In this document: one piece after another, positions 1-9,198 of the stretch
How positions within the stretch are numbered: the first letter of the stretch is position 1
Layout of the letters: each line of letters begins with the position of its first letter
DNA from: a virus
Lineage: Duplodnaviria > Caudoviricetes
Reading direction: 5' to 3' (one strand)
DNA: 59,104 nt
Virus record (IMG/VR): IMGVR_UViG_3300036820_000020
Coordinates: 1 to 59,104 of that record
Program-made: the position numbers and the translations under genes
Notes under the pieces: model-generated
Database searches by the model: none
What the model saw: only the letters and a program-made list of their open reading frames with translations
What the model was told of the DNA's origin: nothing

Positions 1-127
1 GGTCGGGGTCGCGGTCACAGTCGGGGTCGGAGTCAAGGTCAACAATTAAATGAGCGCAATCTTTACATCCTTGTTTCCCTCCGATCTCGGCTTGCCGCCT
101 AAATTCACGTCTTATCGGCGCCATCAA
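1..127. repeat. Direct terminal repeat, copy 1 (circular assembly overlap)
   Basis: Bases 1-127 are identical to 58978-59104. 127 is a typical assembler k-mer length. Confidence 0.95.
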
Positions 128-1663
128 TCGGACGCAATCGAATGGCTGATGAATCAGATCCAGGAAGAATCAGTCTCTCCGGCAGTCCCTCCGGCAGTCC
201 CTCCGGCAGTCCCTCCGGCAGTCCTGGCCGCCTTGCTGCCCACAGGCAGTGGCAAGACAGCTATCGCGGTATCGCTAGCGCGGCTGCTCGGAGTCAAAGC
301 TGTATATCTCGTAGCCACCAGAGCTTTACAAGAACAAGTCCTGTCCGAATTCGCTTCGATGGGAATGGTAGATATAAGAGGCAGGGCTAATTACAATTGC
401 CAGTCCTATCTGAATTGCGATATAGGAAATGATCGTAACTGCTCTAGGAAAAATACCTCCGCCTGTCCTTATACTAACGCGGTCGAAGCGGCCAAAGACT
501 CCGATCTGGTTGTGACTAACTATGCCTACTGGCTATACGCCAGGAAAGCTAACCGGCAGGCGTTGGAGAGAGACGAATGGCCGGTAGAATTATTGATATG
601 CGACGAAGCGCATTCGATAGAAAGTCAACTTGGAAGCTTTGCCAGTGTCACTATCTATCAAAGCGAATTGACTGGCATAAGTGTTTCGAAAGACGGAATG
701 ATGGGAGCGAAAGAAGATGATGAAAATGATCATACATGGAGTAAATGGGCCGCTAAAACAATAGAGAAATGTGAGAAAGTCAAGGACCGGATATCGAACC
801 GCCAGGATGAGCGCTACAAGGACGCGGACGATTTAGAAGAACGGTGCGGGCGTGTCCTCCGCATGAATTCCAATTGGGTATGGCAGTTCGAAGACCGCAA
901 AGGACACTGTAGCTTCGAACCTGTCAGGCTTTCGAAATGGACTTCGGGTCTTTTCTCCGGCGTCTCTAAAATCCTGATGATGTCGGCCAGTCTGGACGAA
1001 TTCAGTTTGCGGTTGGTGATGCCAGCCGAACAATCTTACTCTTACAAAGCCTGGCCGCAGGTGTTCAACCCGGCTAAATCTCCGGTCTACCATGTTCCAA
1101 CGGTCAAATTGAATTGGAAAAGCACGGATGAAGACTATCAAACTGTCATCGCGGCGGCCGATTCGATTATTGATTCGCGTCTCGACCGCAAAGGCATCAT
1201 TCATACAGTCTCGTATGCCCGCTCCAAACGAGCCTTGCAGTATTCACATCACGCTCAAAGATTTATCTGGAACGAGGGAACAGGTGATCTGCGGAGTTGC
1301 CTCCAAAGATTTCTCGCGGCTGATGCTGGAACCGTGCTCGTCACCCCGTCGGTCGAAGAAGGATTCGATTTCCCCGGAGATCTCACGCGCTACCAAATCC
1401 TCATGAAGTTCCCGTTTCCAAATGAGACACAAAGAGTCATCAAGGAACGCTGCAATCAGATACCAGGATACCGGCTGCACTGGGCCTCTCAAAAGACGGT
1501 TCAGATCAGAGGCAGACCGGTCAGGTCAGAGAGCGATTGGTCGGAGATGTTCATCTTAGACAACTCCTGTAGACAGTTGAGCGGAGCCGAAGGCCGATCG
1601 TATTGTCCTCCCGGATTCAGGCTTTTCACCGTGGCCGCGGCCCCGCCGCCGCCAAAACTATAA
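50..1663 (+). CDS. SF2 DinG/Rad3-like DNA helicase
   Basis: Walker A PTGSGKT, Cys cluster (RGRANYNC..C..C..C), DEAH box, SAS motif III, EGFDF and KFPFP motifs, and Q-x-x-GR-x-x-R motif VI. The ATG overlaps the TGA of the upstream Ser-X gene across the join. Confidence 0.9.
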   Translation: MSAIFTSLFPSDLGLPPKFTSYRRHQSDAIEWLMNQIQEESVSPAVPPAVPPAVPPAVLAALLPTGSGKTAIAVSLARLLGVKAVYLVATRALQEQVLSEFASMGMVDIRGRANYNCQSYLNCDIGNDRNCSRKNTSACPYTNAVEAAKDSDLVVTNYAYWLYARKANRQALERDEWPVELLICDEAHSIESQLGSFASVTIYQSELTGISVSKDGMMGAKEDDENDHTWSKWAAKTIEKCEKVKDRISNRQDERYKDADDLEERCGRVLRMNSNWVWQFEDRKGHCSFEPVRLSKWTSGLFSGVSKILMMSASLDEFSLRLVMPAEQSYSYKAWPQVFNPAKSPVYHVPTVKLNWKSTDEDYQTVIAAADSIIDSRLDRKGIIHTVSYARSKRALQYSHHAQRFIWNEGTGDLRSCLQRFLAADAGTVLVTPSVEEGFDFPGDLTRYQILMKFPFPNETQRVIKERCNQIPGYRLHWASQKTVQIRGRPVRSESDWSEMFILDNSCRQLSGAEGRSYCPPGFRLFTVAAAPPPPKL

Positions 1664-1689
1664 CGAAAAGGAAAGAGAGAAATAAGAGA

Positions 1690-2700
1690 ATGCCAAAAGT
1701 ATCGAGCGCGCCAGAAGACGCATTGCATTTCAAAGGATCATACGCCGATGGATGGGGAGAAGTAGTGGACGCCAAAGCCGTTGTTTTCCAATACCCGCCA
1801 GATAAGTCTACCGGCCGCCAGGACACACCGTCACTTTTCTGCGAGCTGACGATTCAGCGCTATCGCGAACCCGAGACTAAAGACGCGACAGCCCCGGAAT
1901 CAATCATGTTGTCTATTCAACGCAGCGACAAAATGACGGGGGAACTGTCCCTCGTTCACCCCGGCAAATATCCCAACGGCAACTTGGAAGCGGACCCCGA
2001 AGACATGAGCGGAGGTCTCGGTGCCGAAGGAGACACCCTGTTCGCTCTTCAGGACGGCTACCAGATCAACGACAAGACCAAATGGATGAGATTTACCCAG
2101 TCCCTAGTCGAAAAGGGCTTCAAGCCGGCGGTCCTGAAGCGGACGTACTTCCCAGATTTGGTAGGTCTGCGCGCCTACTTCACGAATCTGACGGAGAAAA
2201 AGTTCCGGGATGACCAGACCAGCGATCCGACGGTCTTTGTTGTCAAGGAGATCCGGCAGTTCCCTTATGAAAAGAAAGCCGTGGCCAAAGGCAAACCTGC
2301 CGCCGCGGAAAAGAAAACGGCTGCGGCTGCGGCTGCGGCTGCCGCTAAGCCGGTGAACGGAGCGCCAACTCCGTCAACTCTATCAGCACCCGAAGAGACC
2401 GCGGACGGAATTGGCGGCGGTTCGGCTGCCGCCGAAGATATCGCGTTCGACATTGTCAAAAACACCCTCGCGCCCGCCAAGAAAGGAACGACAATCGCGT
2501 CTCCCGGAGATCCGCAGGCTGGCATCAACCGCTTGAAAATCGAAGCCTACCTGGCCATCAACAGACACAAACCGGCGGTACCGGCGGCCCTAAAGAAAGC
2601 TGTGCAGGAGAAGCTCGGGGACACGACGTGGCTGGAGGCAATCGGAGCGGTGAACGAACTGTTTTCACTTGGCGAGGATGGGTCGGTGACATTCCAATGA
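1690..2700 (+). CDS. Hypothetical replication protein (possible ssDNA-binding protein)
   Basis: ATG 1690 follows a purine-rich RBS; Ala/Lys-rich linker; lies in the replication block. Function is inferred from position only. Confidence 0.6.
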   Translation: MPKVSSAPEDALHFKGSYADGWGEVVDAKAVVFQYPPDKSTGRQDTPSLFCELTIQRYREPETKDATAPESIMLSIQRSDKMTGELSLVHPGKYPNGNLEADPEDMSGGLGAEGDTLFALQDGYQINDKTKWMRFTQSLVEKGFKPAVLKRTYFPDLVGLRAYFTNLTEKKFRDDQTSDPTVFVVKEIRQFPYEKKAVAKGKPAAAEKKTAAAAAAAAAKPVNGAPTPSTLSAPEETADGIGGGSAAAEDIAFDIVKNTLAPAKKGTTIASPGDPQAGINRLKIEAYLAINRHKPAVPAALKKAVQEKLGDTTWLEAIGAVNELFSLGEDGSVTFQ

Positions 2701-3152
2701 GAACGCTTACCGACCACATTGTCAGTATGGATCAAGCCGTTCAGTTGCAGATAGAGGTGCTGGACGAACCTGGTGCTGGCGGCGCTTGTCATCAGTATTC
2801 GATTGGCTGGAACGCCATCAAGACGCTCCTCCCGACGATTGCAGAGTTAGAGGCCATCCTGGAGAAGGGGGAAACCCTATCGATATCTCCAGACAGTCAG
2901 CATTTCTCGCTCGGGAACACGTGTTTCATAGGGTTCCAGAACGGCCCTATCAAAGAGTTCGGCGTCAACGGCATCACGCAAGAGGCTCTACTGGCTATCG
3001 TCATTGACCGTCTTCGCTCCTTTCAGACTGGCCCGTTTTCCTGCCGGGAGAACGCAATCGCCCTGACACACATTGAAGAAGCTCTCATGTGGCTTCAGCG
3101 GCGCACCGTAGCAAGAATTAAGCGGGGAGTAGAAGGCACAATCCAAAAGTAA
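2697..3152 (+). CDS. tad1: Tad1-family anti-Thoeris/anti-CBASS nucleotide-signal sponge
   Basis: GAGGACHQY ... FQNGP ... LLAIVIDRLRSFQTGPFSCRENAIALTHIEEALMWLQRR..R..RGVEGT matches the Tad1 signature as I recall it. ATGA overlap with the upstream gene. Confidence 0.88.
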   Translation: MRTLTDHIVSMDQAVQLQIEVLDEPGAGGACHQYSIGWNAIKTLLPTIAELEAILEKGETLSISPDSQHFSLGNTCFIGFQNGPIKEFGVNGITQEALLAIVIDRLRSFQTGPFSCRENAIALTHIEEALMWLQRRTVARIKRGVEGTIQK

Positions 3153-3179
3153 GTAAGTAATTTCGCGTGTGCCTTTTAT

Positions 3180-3791
3180 ATGCCGACTCTGATCTCAGAG
3201 ATCGATGTGAAACTGGAACGGTCCGATTTGGCGAGGAGAGCCGTATTGCCTCGCCAGACCGGACCGGACGGCTACATCATCCCACCGGCCAGGTCCGCCG
3301 GCTTACATCTCTCCGGCCTGTTGAAATACTGCGCCGATATTTCTAAACTTACTTCCCGTCTCGAAGATATCCGGGATGAGGAAATGCCCCTCCGCTGGGT
3401 GTTAGGACACGCGATTGAAGAGTTCCTCGCCAGTCTTTATCCAGATATGGTCTGGCAGCCTGGGGAAATCACAAGACCGGTTATCATGAACGCGGACGGC
3501 ATGACTTTTACCGGCGGAGAATTCAGAATCGAAGAGTTCAAATGCCGCCGCGCCAAAAAACTAACGCAACGGGATCTCTTGAATAAGTGGCTGTGGATGT
3601 CGCAAGGACTGGGCTATTGCCTCGGATACCAATGCAGGTTAGTCCAGTGGCATGTATTCTCGCTTTTCGAATGGCCGGACCCGGTCTACACCAGGTACCT
3701 CATAAAATTCAGCCAGGCGGAGATAGACGGGATGGAACGAATGATCGAATCGAACAGGGAAGCGGCTATTAGAAAAGGATACAGCGAATGA
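3180..3791 (+). CDS. PD-(D/E)XK (Cas4/lambda-exonuclease-like) nuclease
   Basis: HLS, GHAIE, ADG..IEEFK and Q...Y motifs. Confidence 0.75.
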   Translation: MPTLISEIDVKLERSDLARRAVLPRQTGPDGYIIPPARSAGLHLSGLLKYCADISKLTSRLEDIRDEEMPLRWVLGHAIEEFLASLYPDMVWQPGEITRPVIMNADGMTFTGGEFRIEEFKCRRAKKLTQRDLLNKWLWMSQGLGYCLGYQCRLVQWHVFSLFEWPDPVYTRYLIKFSQAEIDGMERMIESNREAAIRKGYSE

Positions 3792-4576
3792 AGAATACGA
3801 TCGTACCGGTCGAATTCGAGACGCTTACAATCGGCACGCCGGATAAACTCTTTCTCGGTGTGTTTGGCCGGGCGGGCACAGGTAAGACCCGTCTGATGGC
3901 GACGGCGCCAGGACTAGCCGTAATCCCTTTACAACGAAAGACCCGTCCGACGGTCGAACAGGTCATGAAAGAACTCTACCCTCATCGCCGGATCTACTGG
4001 CCTAAAGACGCGGAAGCCTTCTACAAATACAAGAATCCGATGGAAATGTCCATGATGGATTTGCAGGCGTCGAAAGACTTTTACAGAGACCTGGTGGATA
4101 AAGTGAAAGCGACATGCTGGAAACTGCTTGATAACAAAGACGTGAAGACGATTGGGATCGACAGCGGCTATCAGTTGTATCAGATGATCGTAGCGGCCCA
4201 CTATGGAAGATCGAACCGGTTCAGCGCGGAGAAGACAGCGTGGGAGCCGCCGAATACCGAGATGAGATCGCTACTCGAATCGCTTCAGACAAAGCATTTG
4301 ATAGTGACTACGGAAGCCAAGGAAGCATACCTGCAAAAGACAGCGCTCGGATACGATGAGCCAGCCGGTTATAAGCAGCTCGGCTTTGACGCAAACGTTC
4401 TAATCGAGACCCGGTTCACAGTTGAAGACGGGTTTTGGCTTGATGTCAGAATGTGCCAGGATCGAGCCGCTCTGCAAGGGCCTGACGGACAGAAGCTTCT
4501 GACTGGGGAAATGGCCGAGTTCAAGTACCTGGCCTGTTCGCTCAGACCAGATAGCGAATTAGGAGACTGGGAATAG
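3788..4576 (+). CDS. AAA_24/Sak4-like P-loop ATPase
   Basis: Walker A GRAGTGKT and Walker B TIGIDS; adjacent to the exonuclease. Confidence 0.75.
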   Translation: MKNTIVPVEFETLTIGTPDKLFLGVFGRAGTGKTRLMATAPGLAVIPLQRKTRPTVEQVMKELYPHRRIYWPKDAEAFYKYKNPMEMSMMDLQASKDFYRDLVDKVKATCWKLLDNKDVKTIGIDSGYQLYQMIVAAHYGRSNRFSAEKTAWEPPNTEMRSLLESLQTKHLIVTTEAKEAYLQKTALGYDEPAGYKQLGFDANVLIETRFTVEDGFWLDVRMCQDRAALQGPDGQKLLTGEMAEFKYLACSLRPDSELGDWE

Positions 4577-4592
4577 GTAATAGGTAATAACC

Positions 4593-5861
4593 ATGTCTAT
4601 GACAGACCAGGAATACATGGAGCGTCTAGCTCTCGCCGTCCACTGCCGCCGCACCGGCCATTACGGCTGGTCGAGGGAAACCCTGAACGGTCTCATGGCG
4701 GACAAGGACAGGCAGTCGGAATCGTCGCTCTGGCACACCTGCGGACAGCTTTGGACAGATCTCGGACAGTTCGAGGAAACGCTCGCGTGCCACAAACACT
4801 CGATTGAACTGATGAAATCCAGAGGAACCTTGGAATCGCATGGAAAACACTTTCCGCCGGCGGCTTTGGGCTATGCCCAGTCGCTTATGCGATATGGACT
4901 GTTTCAAGAAGCCATGCCGTATTGGGAAGCCGGCAGGCTTTATACCACCTGGTCTCCATGGCCTGGCAGTCTGTATTACAACGGTGAAGAGAACGTAGAA
5001 AGTCTCCTGGTGCAATCGGAAGGAGGGTATGGCGATACCTTCATGACTTTGCGGTGGCTGCCGCTGCTGAAATCCGTCAAAAAAGTAAAGCGGTTAGGTT
5101 TGATGCTGTGGAAGCCATTAGAACACTTCTGTGACTGGAAAGAGTTTGGAATCGACGATATATTTGTAATCGACCGCGACAGCGTCGGATTTGGAATTTG
5201 GAAGTACGCGGCCAGTGTGATGAGTCTGCCGGCGGTCTTCCAGTTGAAGTCATGGATGGATATCCCGCCGCCGAACTTCCGGCCAGGCGCCACGAACGCC
5301 ACGGACGCCACGGACGCCACGGACGCGGACGCCTTGCTTGTAGATCGTCATGTGAGTGCTGGCAGATTGTTCCGTCTTGGTTTCTGTTGGCGGGCGGAAG
5401 AAAATTCTTCTCCTATCCGCACGAAATCCCTACCTGTCGAAGCCGCTGACCGGATTTCCCGAAGTTTTTATTTCGCCTGTAATTATAAGATATTATCTCT
5501 TTCGCCGTTCAAACAGGATATTTACAAGGCCGCTCCGGAATTCAGGCAGCCGGAGTACGTCGAGCTGGAACCAGAGCGCATGGCCAACTGGAAAGCAACC
5601 GCGGAATATCTGCTCTCGATGGATTTCGTGCTTACAGTCGATACGGCGGTCGCCCATCTATGCGGACTCCTGGAGGTGCCTTGTATGGTCCTGTTGCCGA
5701 AGTCTTCCTGTTGGCGGTGGGGAACGCCGGATAAGCAAGTGTCTCACTGGTATAGCGGACAAATGACACTGTATCACCAGTCTGAACCGTTGCAATGGGA
5801 CGCGGAAGATATCGTAAAAGCTTCGATGGAGCGATTGGATCGATTAGGGCTATTGGAGTGA
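4593..5861 (+). CDS. TPR + GT9-like (GT-B) glycosyltransferase
   Basis: N-terminal TPR-like helices; EGGYGDTF..LR, DFVLTVDTAVAHLCG and WRWG..WY motifs. Confidence 0.8.
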   Translation: MSMTDQEYMERLALAVHCRRTGHYGWSRETLNGLMADKDRQSESSLWHTCGQLWTDLGQFEETLACHKHSIELMKSRGTLESHGKHFPPAALGYAQSLMRYGLFQEAMPYWEAGRLYTTWSPWPGSLYYNGEENVESLLVQSEGGYGDTFMTLRWLPLLKSVKKVKRLGLMLWKPLEHFCDWKEFGIDDIFVIDRDSVGFGIWKYAASVMSLPAVFQLKSWMDIPPPNFRPGATNATDATDATDADALLVDRHVSAGRLFRLGFCWRAEENSSPIRTKSLPVEAADRISRSFYFACNYKILSLSPFKQDIYKAAPEFRQPEYVELEPERMANWKATAEYLLSMDFVLTVDTAVAHLCGLLEVPCMVLLPKSSCWRWGTPDKQVSHWYSGQMTLYHQSEPLQWDAEDIVKASMERLDRLGLLE

Positions 5862-5902
5862 TTGTATCGATTAGGGCGATTAGGGCTATTGGAGCAATTG
5901 CA

Positions 5903-6058
5903 ATGACTATACAAGAATGGCTTGCCTTTGACGAAGCGCTGAAATCCAGCGGTATAGATACGATCTTTTCGCTGCTCAACGGCGCGTGGTTTGGAATTCC
6001 GGAAAGCACTGTAGACTCACTAGACTTGCTCGAAGACCCTTCGGAACAGGAAGAGTAA
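5903..6058 (+). CDS. Small hypothetical protein (MTIQEWLAF...)
   Basis: ATG 5903 after GGAG; fills the gap between neighbouring genes. Confidence 0.5.
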   Translation: MTIQEWLAFDEALKSSGIDTIFSLLNGAWFGIPESTVDSLDLLEDPSEQEE

Positions 6059-6065
6059 ATCATAA

Positions 6066-6686
6066 ATGCACAAGTCTAAACCTAGTCTTTGGAAACAGAT
6101 CCCTTCCTGTTGGTTTGACTTTCAGGATATCTACGATGAAGCGGTCCAGACCGCCTCTGCTGGCTCTGTCCTGGTCGAAGTCGGATCGTTCTGGGGACAG
6201 TCCGCCGTTTATTTAGCGGAGGCCGCTAAGATCGCTGACAAAGATCTTAGAGTTTACGCGGTAGATTCCTGGTCGATGAATCCAAATACAGACCCTTGGC
6301 TATTCGACAAGACCAGCAAAACCAATGTAGAGCCGGGAGTTCACGCGGAACACCACGACTCGCTATTCGAGACAATGGCGCATTTCGTAGACAGGACCGG
6401 TCTGTCTCCAGACCCGCTTAGAATCATGCGGATGGATAGTTTAGAAGCCGCGGACCTGTTCACCGGTCGTAGTCCGCTTCACTTCGTTTTCCTGGATGGA
6501 AATCATTCGTACGAGTATCTGACGCGCGAACTCATGGAGTGGGAGCCGCTGATTTCCGTGGCCGGTGGAATGATCGCTGGCCACGATTATCACCCCGGCT
6601 TTCCCGGCGTTAAAAAAGCCGTAGACGAGTATTTTGGCCGTAGCCAAGCGGTGGAAGTGAAGGGAAGGAGCTGGATTGTCAGATGA
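6066..6686 (+). CDS. Class I SAM-dependent methyltransferase (Methyltransf_24-like)
   Basis: VEVGSFWGQS, AVDSW, FVFLDGNHSY and GGMIAGHDY motifs. Confidence 0.85.
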   Translation: MHKSKPSLWKQIPSCWFDFQDIYDEAVQTASAGSVLVEVGSFWGQSAVYLAEAAKIADKDLRVYAVDSWSMNPNTDPWLFDKTSKTNVEPGVHAEHHDSLFETMAHFVDRTGLSPDPLRIMRMDSLEAADLFTGRSPLHFVFLDGNHSYEYLTRELMEWEPLISVAGGMIAGHDYHPGFPGVKKAVDEYFGRSQAVEVKGRSWIVR

Positions 6687-7531
6687 GTAACGTCGTTGTA
6701 GTCTCTACATACCGCAGGCCGTTCTCGGCCAAACTCTGTCTCGAAGCGTTAGCTAGGTGTCAGCGTTGGTCTGAAGACTGGGTAGCATGGGGAAGCGCGT
6801 GGGCGGATAAGATCGTCATCGGCATATCAGCCGGTAGAAACGCGGACCCTGATGTTGAAAAACAGGCGGTCAAGGTAGTAGAGAGAAATCCGGATATACC
6901 GTTTGAAATCGTTAAAGAGACCTGCGACTCGCATCCGAACAACGTGTCCAAATGGCTGTTGGACTATGGATTTAAAGGTGACAGCGTGGAAGCTGTCCTG
7001 TACGTGGAGGACGACGCGATCCTGGCCACGGACGCTTTCCACCTATGTGAATGGACGAAACAATTCAGTCAAGATAATCGGGATCGGAACGTGATTGGCT
7101 GCTGCTGCTACCACGAAACCATCCCAGCTCACTACGCCGCTGAAGGAAGATCTCCGGACGATCGTCTCATCCGCATAGGCAATGGTTTGAATACCTGCGG
7201 CGGCACGATGTTTCTTCGCGCACCTTACTTCAAAATCCTGGCTCCCAATTGGAATTGCAAACAGGTAGAACCGAAAGGATTTGACTATTCGGCTCATTAC
7301 CTGATGTATCTGAACAATCTTTTTATGATGTGGCCAGACTTGTCCAGATCTTTCAATATTGGCTTTGAACGCGGCGCGCTCTCTTATCCTATCTGGCTCA
7401 AGTACTTCGGACAGTCGATATGGACAACGACCAGACAGTCGGCCAGGTCTTGGAAAGAATTCAAGTTTGACGGCAGCCAGCCGAAGATTTTCAAAGAGCC
7501 ATGGATGGAGAAAGAACTGGGGAATATATGA
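6683..7531 (+). CDS. GT-A fold glycosyltransferase
   Basis: STYRRP...CLEAL, YVEDD (DxD-like) and SRSFNIG motifs. Confidence 0.7.
   Translation: MSNVVVVSTYRRPFSAKLCLEALARCQRWSEDWVAWGSAWADKIVIGISAGRNADPDVEKQAVKVVERNPDIPFEIVKETCDSHPNNVSKWLLDYGFKGDSVEAVLYVEDDAILATDAFHLCEWTKQFSQDNRDRNVIGCCCYHETIPAHYAAEGRSPDDRLIRIGNGLNTCGGTMFLRAPYFKILAPNWNCKQVEPKGFDYSAHYLMYLNNLFMMWPDLSRSFNIGFERGALSYPIWLKYFGQSIWTTTRQSARSWKEFKFDGSQPKIFKEPWMEKELGNI
6697..6709. promoter_or_regulatory. Palindromic site 1 TGTAG-TCT-CTACA
   Basis: In the 5' end of the GT-A gene. Confidence 0.55.
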
Positions 7532-8181
7532 TTACCTGGCGCGATTGTCCCGGCTGGTTTGGCTGGCAGGATCTCTATGACGAAGTGGCTCTCACCACTC
7601 CACCCGGCTCCTCAGTAGTCGAAGTCGGCGTAGCGTTCGGACGCTCTCTTCTCTATCTAGCAAAAAAAATCAAAGACACCGGCAAAGACATAAAAGTCTA
7701 TGCGGTCGATCCGTGGGAGCCATATAAAGAGATGGACTTCTGCTACCCGGAGATCTACGGCGTACAGCCCAAAAATGAACAGGAATGGGCGGCCTATAAC
7801 TGCCGGACGCGGCACGGCGGTGTCTTCCCGGCGTTCCTCCATCACTTATATGAAAGCGGCTTGTCAGATATTGTAAGAGTCGTCAGAGCAAACAGTATAG
7901 CGGCGTCTATGCTGTTCGAATACAGGTTGAGCGGCAAGATTTCTCATCCGCCGTATTTCGTATTTATTGACGGCGATCACACCCAGAGATCGGTCGAAAA
8001 CGATTTAGATGTCTGGTGGGATACCGGTCCGGAATGGATGGCCGGACACGATTTTGATCCGCCCAGTGAAACGAATTTTCCCGGCGTCTGGAAGGCCGTT
8101 CATCAGAAATGGGGAGAACAGCAGATCGAAACGGACGGCCAGGGATGCTGGATTGCCAGACGGGCGAGAATTGACAAATAA
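7528..8181 (+). CDS. Second Methyltransf_24-like methyltransferase (paralog of 6066-6686)
   Basis: VEVGVAFGRS, AVDPW, FVFIDGDH, AGHDF and FPGV motifs; ATG 7528 overlaps the upstream stop. Confidence 0.85.
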   Translation: MITWRDCPGWFGWQDLYDEVALTTPPGSSVVEVGVAFGRSLLYLAKKIKDTGKDIKVYAVDPWEPYKEMDFCYPEIYGVQPKNEQEWAAYNCRTRHGGVFPAFLHHLYESGLSDIVRVVRANSIAASMLFEYRLSGKISHPPYFVFIDGDHTQRSVENDLDVWWDTGPEWMAGHDFDPPSETNFPGVWKAVHQKWGEQQIETDGQGCWIARRARIDK

Positions 8182-8207
8182 ACGATAAGCGATAAGCGAT
8201 AAGCGAT

Positions 8208-9026
8208 ATGTGCCTGCTCATCGACGACCGGGAAGACAAAGGATTGCTCGAAGCCATCGCCTGCTTTGGCCTTCCATTGTCTATCGCTCATTTAGACTAC
8301 GGCGACCTGGCCATTCAATCATCTAACGGCTGGCTAATCGGATATGAGCGGAAGCGCCTTCCAGACCTCATCTCTTCGATGCAGGACAGGAGGTTATCCG
8401 GCCATCAGTTGAAAGGCATGTGGTCGATCTACGACAGGGTAGAACTCGTAGTAGAAGGGTTATGGCGGCCTGGTCCCAATGGAGAAATCGAGGTAGCCGG
8501 CAGAAATGGCTGGCAGACTCTGTATCACCGCGGCTCCGGCGTCTCCTTTAGACAGGTGGACTCTTACCTTTACTCTCAGTATGAACGCGGCGGTGTACCC
8601 TTCTGGAGAACTGGATCGGCGATTGAAACGGCTCATCTCTACGCTTCCAGATATCACTGGTGGCAAAAAGACTACGATCTTCACAAGAGCCATGACACGA
8701 TTTATACCAATAACCCTTCACAGCAAAGAAGAGGCACGGTGACAGTTTTCAACGGGCAGCCTAACGCTGTTACAGTCATGGCCGCCCAGATCCCTGGTCT
8801 CGACGCGAAGTCATGGTCTGTAGGAGAGTATTTCGAGTCTCCGTTTGAAATGGTCACGGCTGGGGTGTCGGATTGGCGGATGGTGCCTTGGACCGACAGG
8901 AAAGGGAATGTCAAACATTTTGGAAAAGAAATGGCCACGCAAATCGTCGAATGGCTGAGAGGAGAAAACAATGCAAACACAAACGGTAAAGATAAAAACG
9001 GCAAAAACGGCAACGGTAATTTATGA
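8208..9026 (+). CDS. ERCC4/XPF-type nuclease (probable junction resolvase)
   Basis: IDDRE, GDLAI, YERKR..DL..S and LVVEG motifs. Confidence 0.8.
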   Translation: MCLLIDDREDKGLLEAIACFGLPLSIAHLDYGDLAIQSSNGWLIGYERKRLPDLISSMQDRRLSGHQLKGMWSIYDRVELVVEGLWRPGPNGEIEVAGRNGWQTLYHRGSGVSFRQVDSYLYSQYERGGVPFWRTGSAIETAHLYASRYHWWQKDYDLHKSHDTIYTNNPSQQRRGTVTVFNGQPNAVTVMAAQIPGLDAKSWSVGEYFESPFEMVTAGVSDWRMVPWTDRKGNVKHFGKEMATQIVEWLRGENNANTNGKDKNGKNGNGNL

Positions 9027-9198
9027 AGCTGAATTGATAGACATTGAGCGCCAGATATTGAAACGATACAGAGATATAAAAGACGAAGACGACGAAGACG
9101 ACGAAGACAACAAAGACAACGAATACGACTATGTGTTTTTATCTGACATGCTGCGTCTGGTAGAGATTATCCGAGATCACAGTATTGCCCTTGCCTGA
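8971..9198 (+). CDS. Small acidic hypothetical protein
   Basis: GAGGAG RBS upstream; internal 9-bp DED repeats. Confidence 0.55.
   Translation: MQTQTVKIKTAKTATVIYEAELIDIERQILKRYRDIKDEDDEDDEDNKDNEYDYVFLSDMLRLVEIIRDHSIALA

Noticed and set aside
1-127. Biological terminal repeat
   Set aside because: It is exactly 127 bp and cuts through genes, consistent with an assembler k-mer overlap.
3180-3791. Cas4 as evidence of a CRISPR system
   Set aside because: A solo PD-(D/E)XK nuclease next to a Sak4-like ATPase is a normal phage recombination module, and no Fe-S Cys set is evident.
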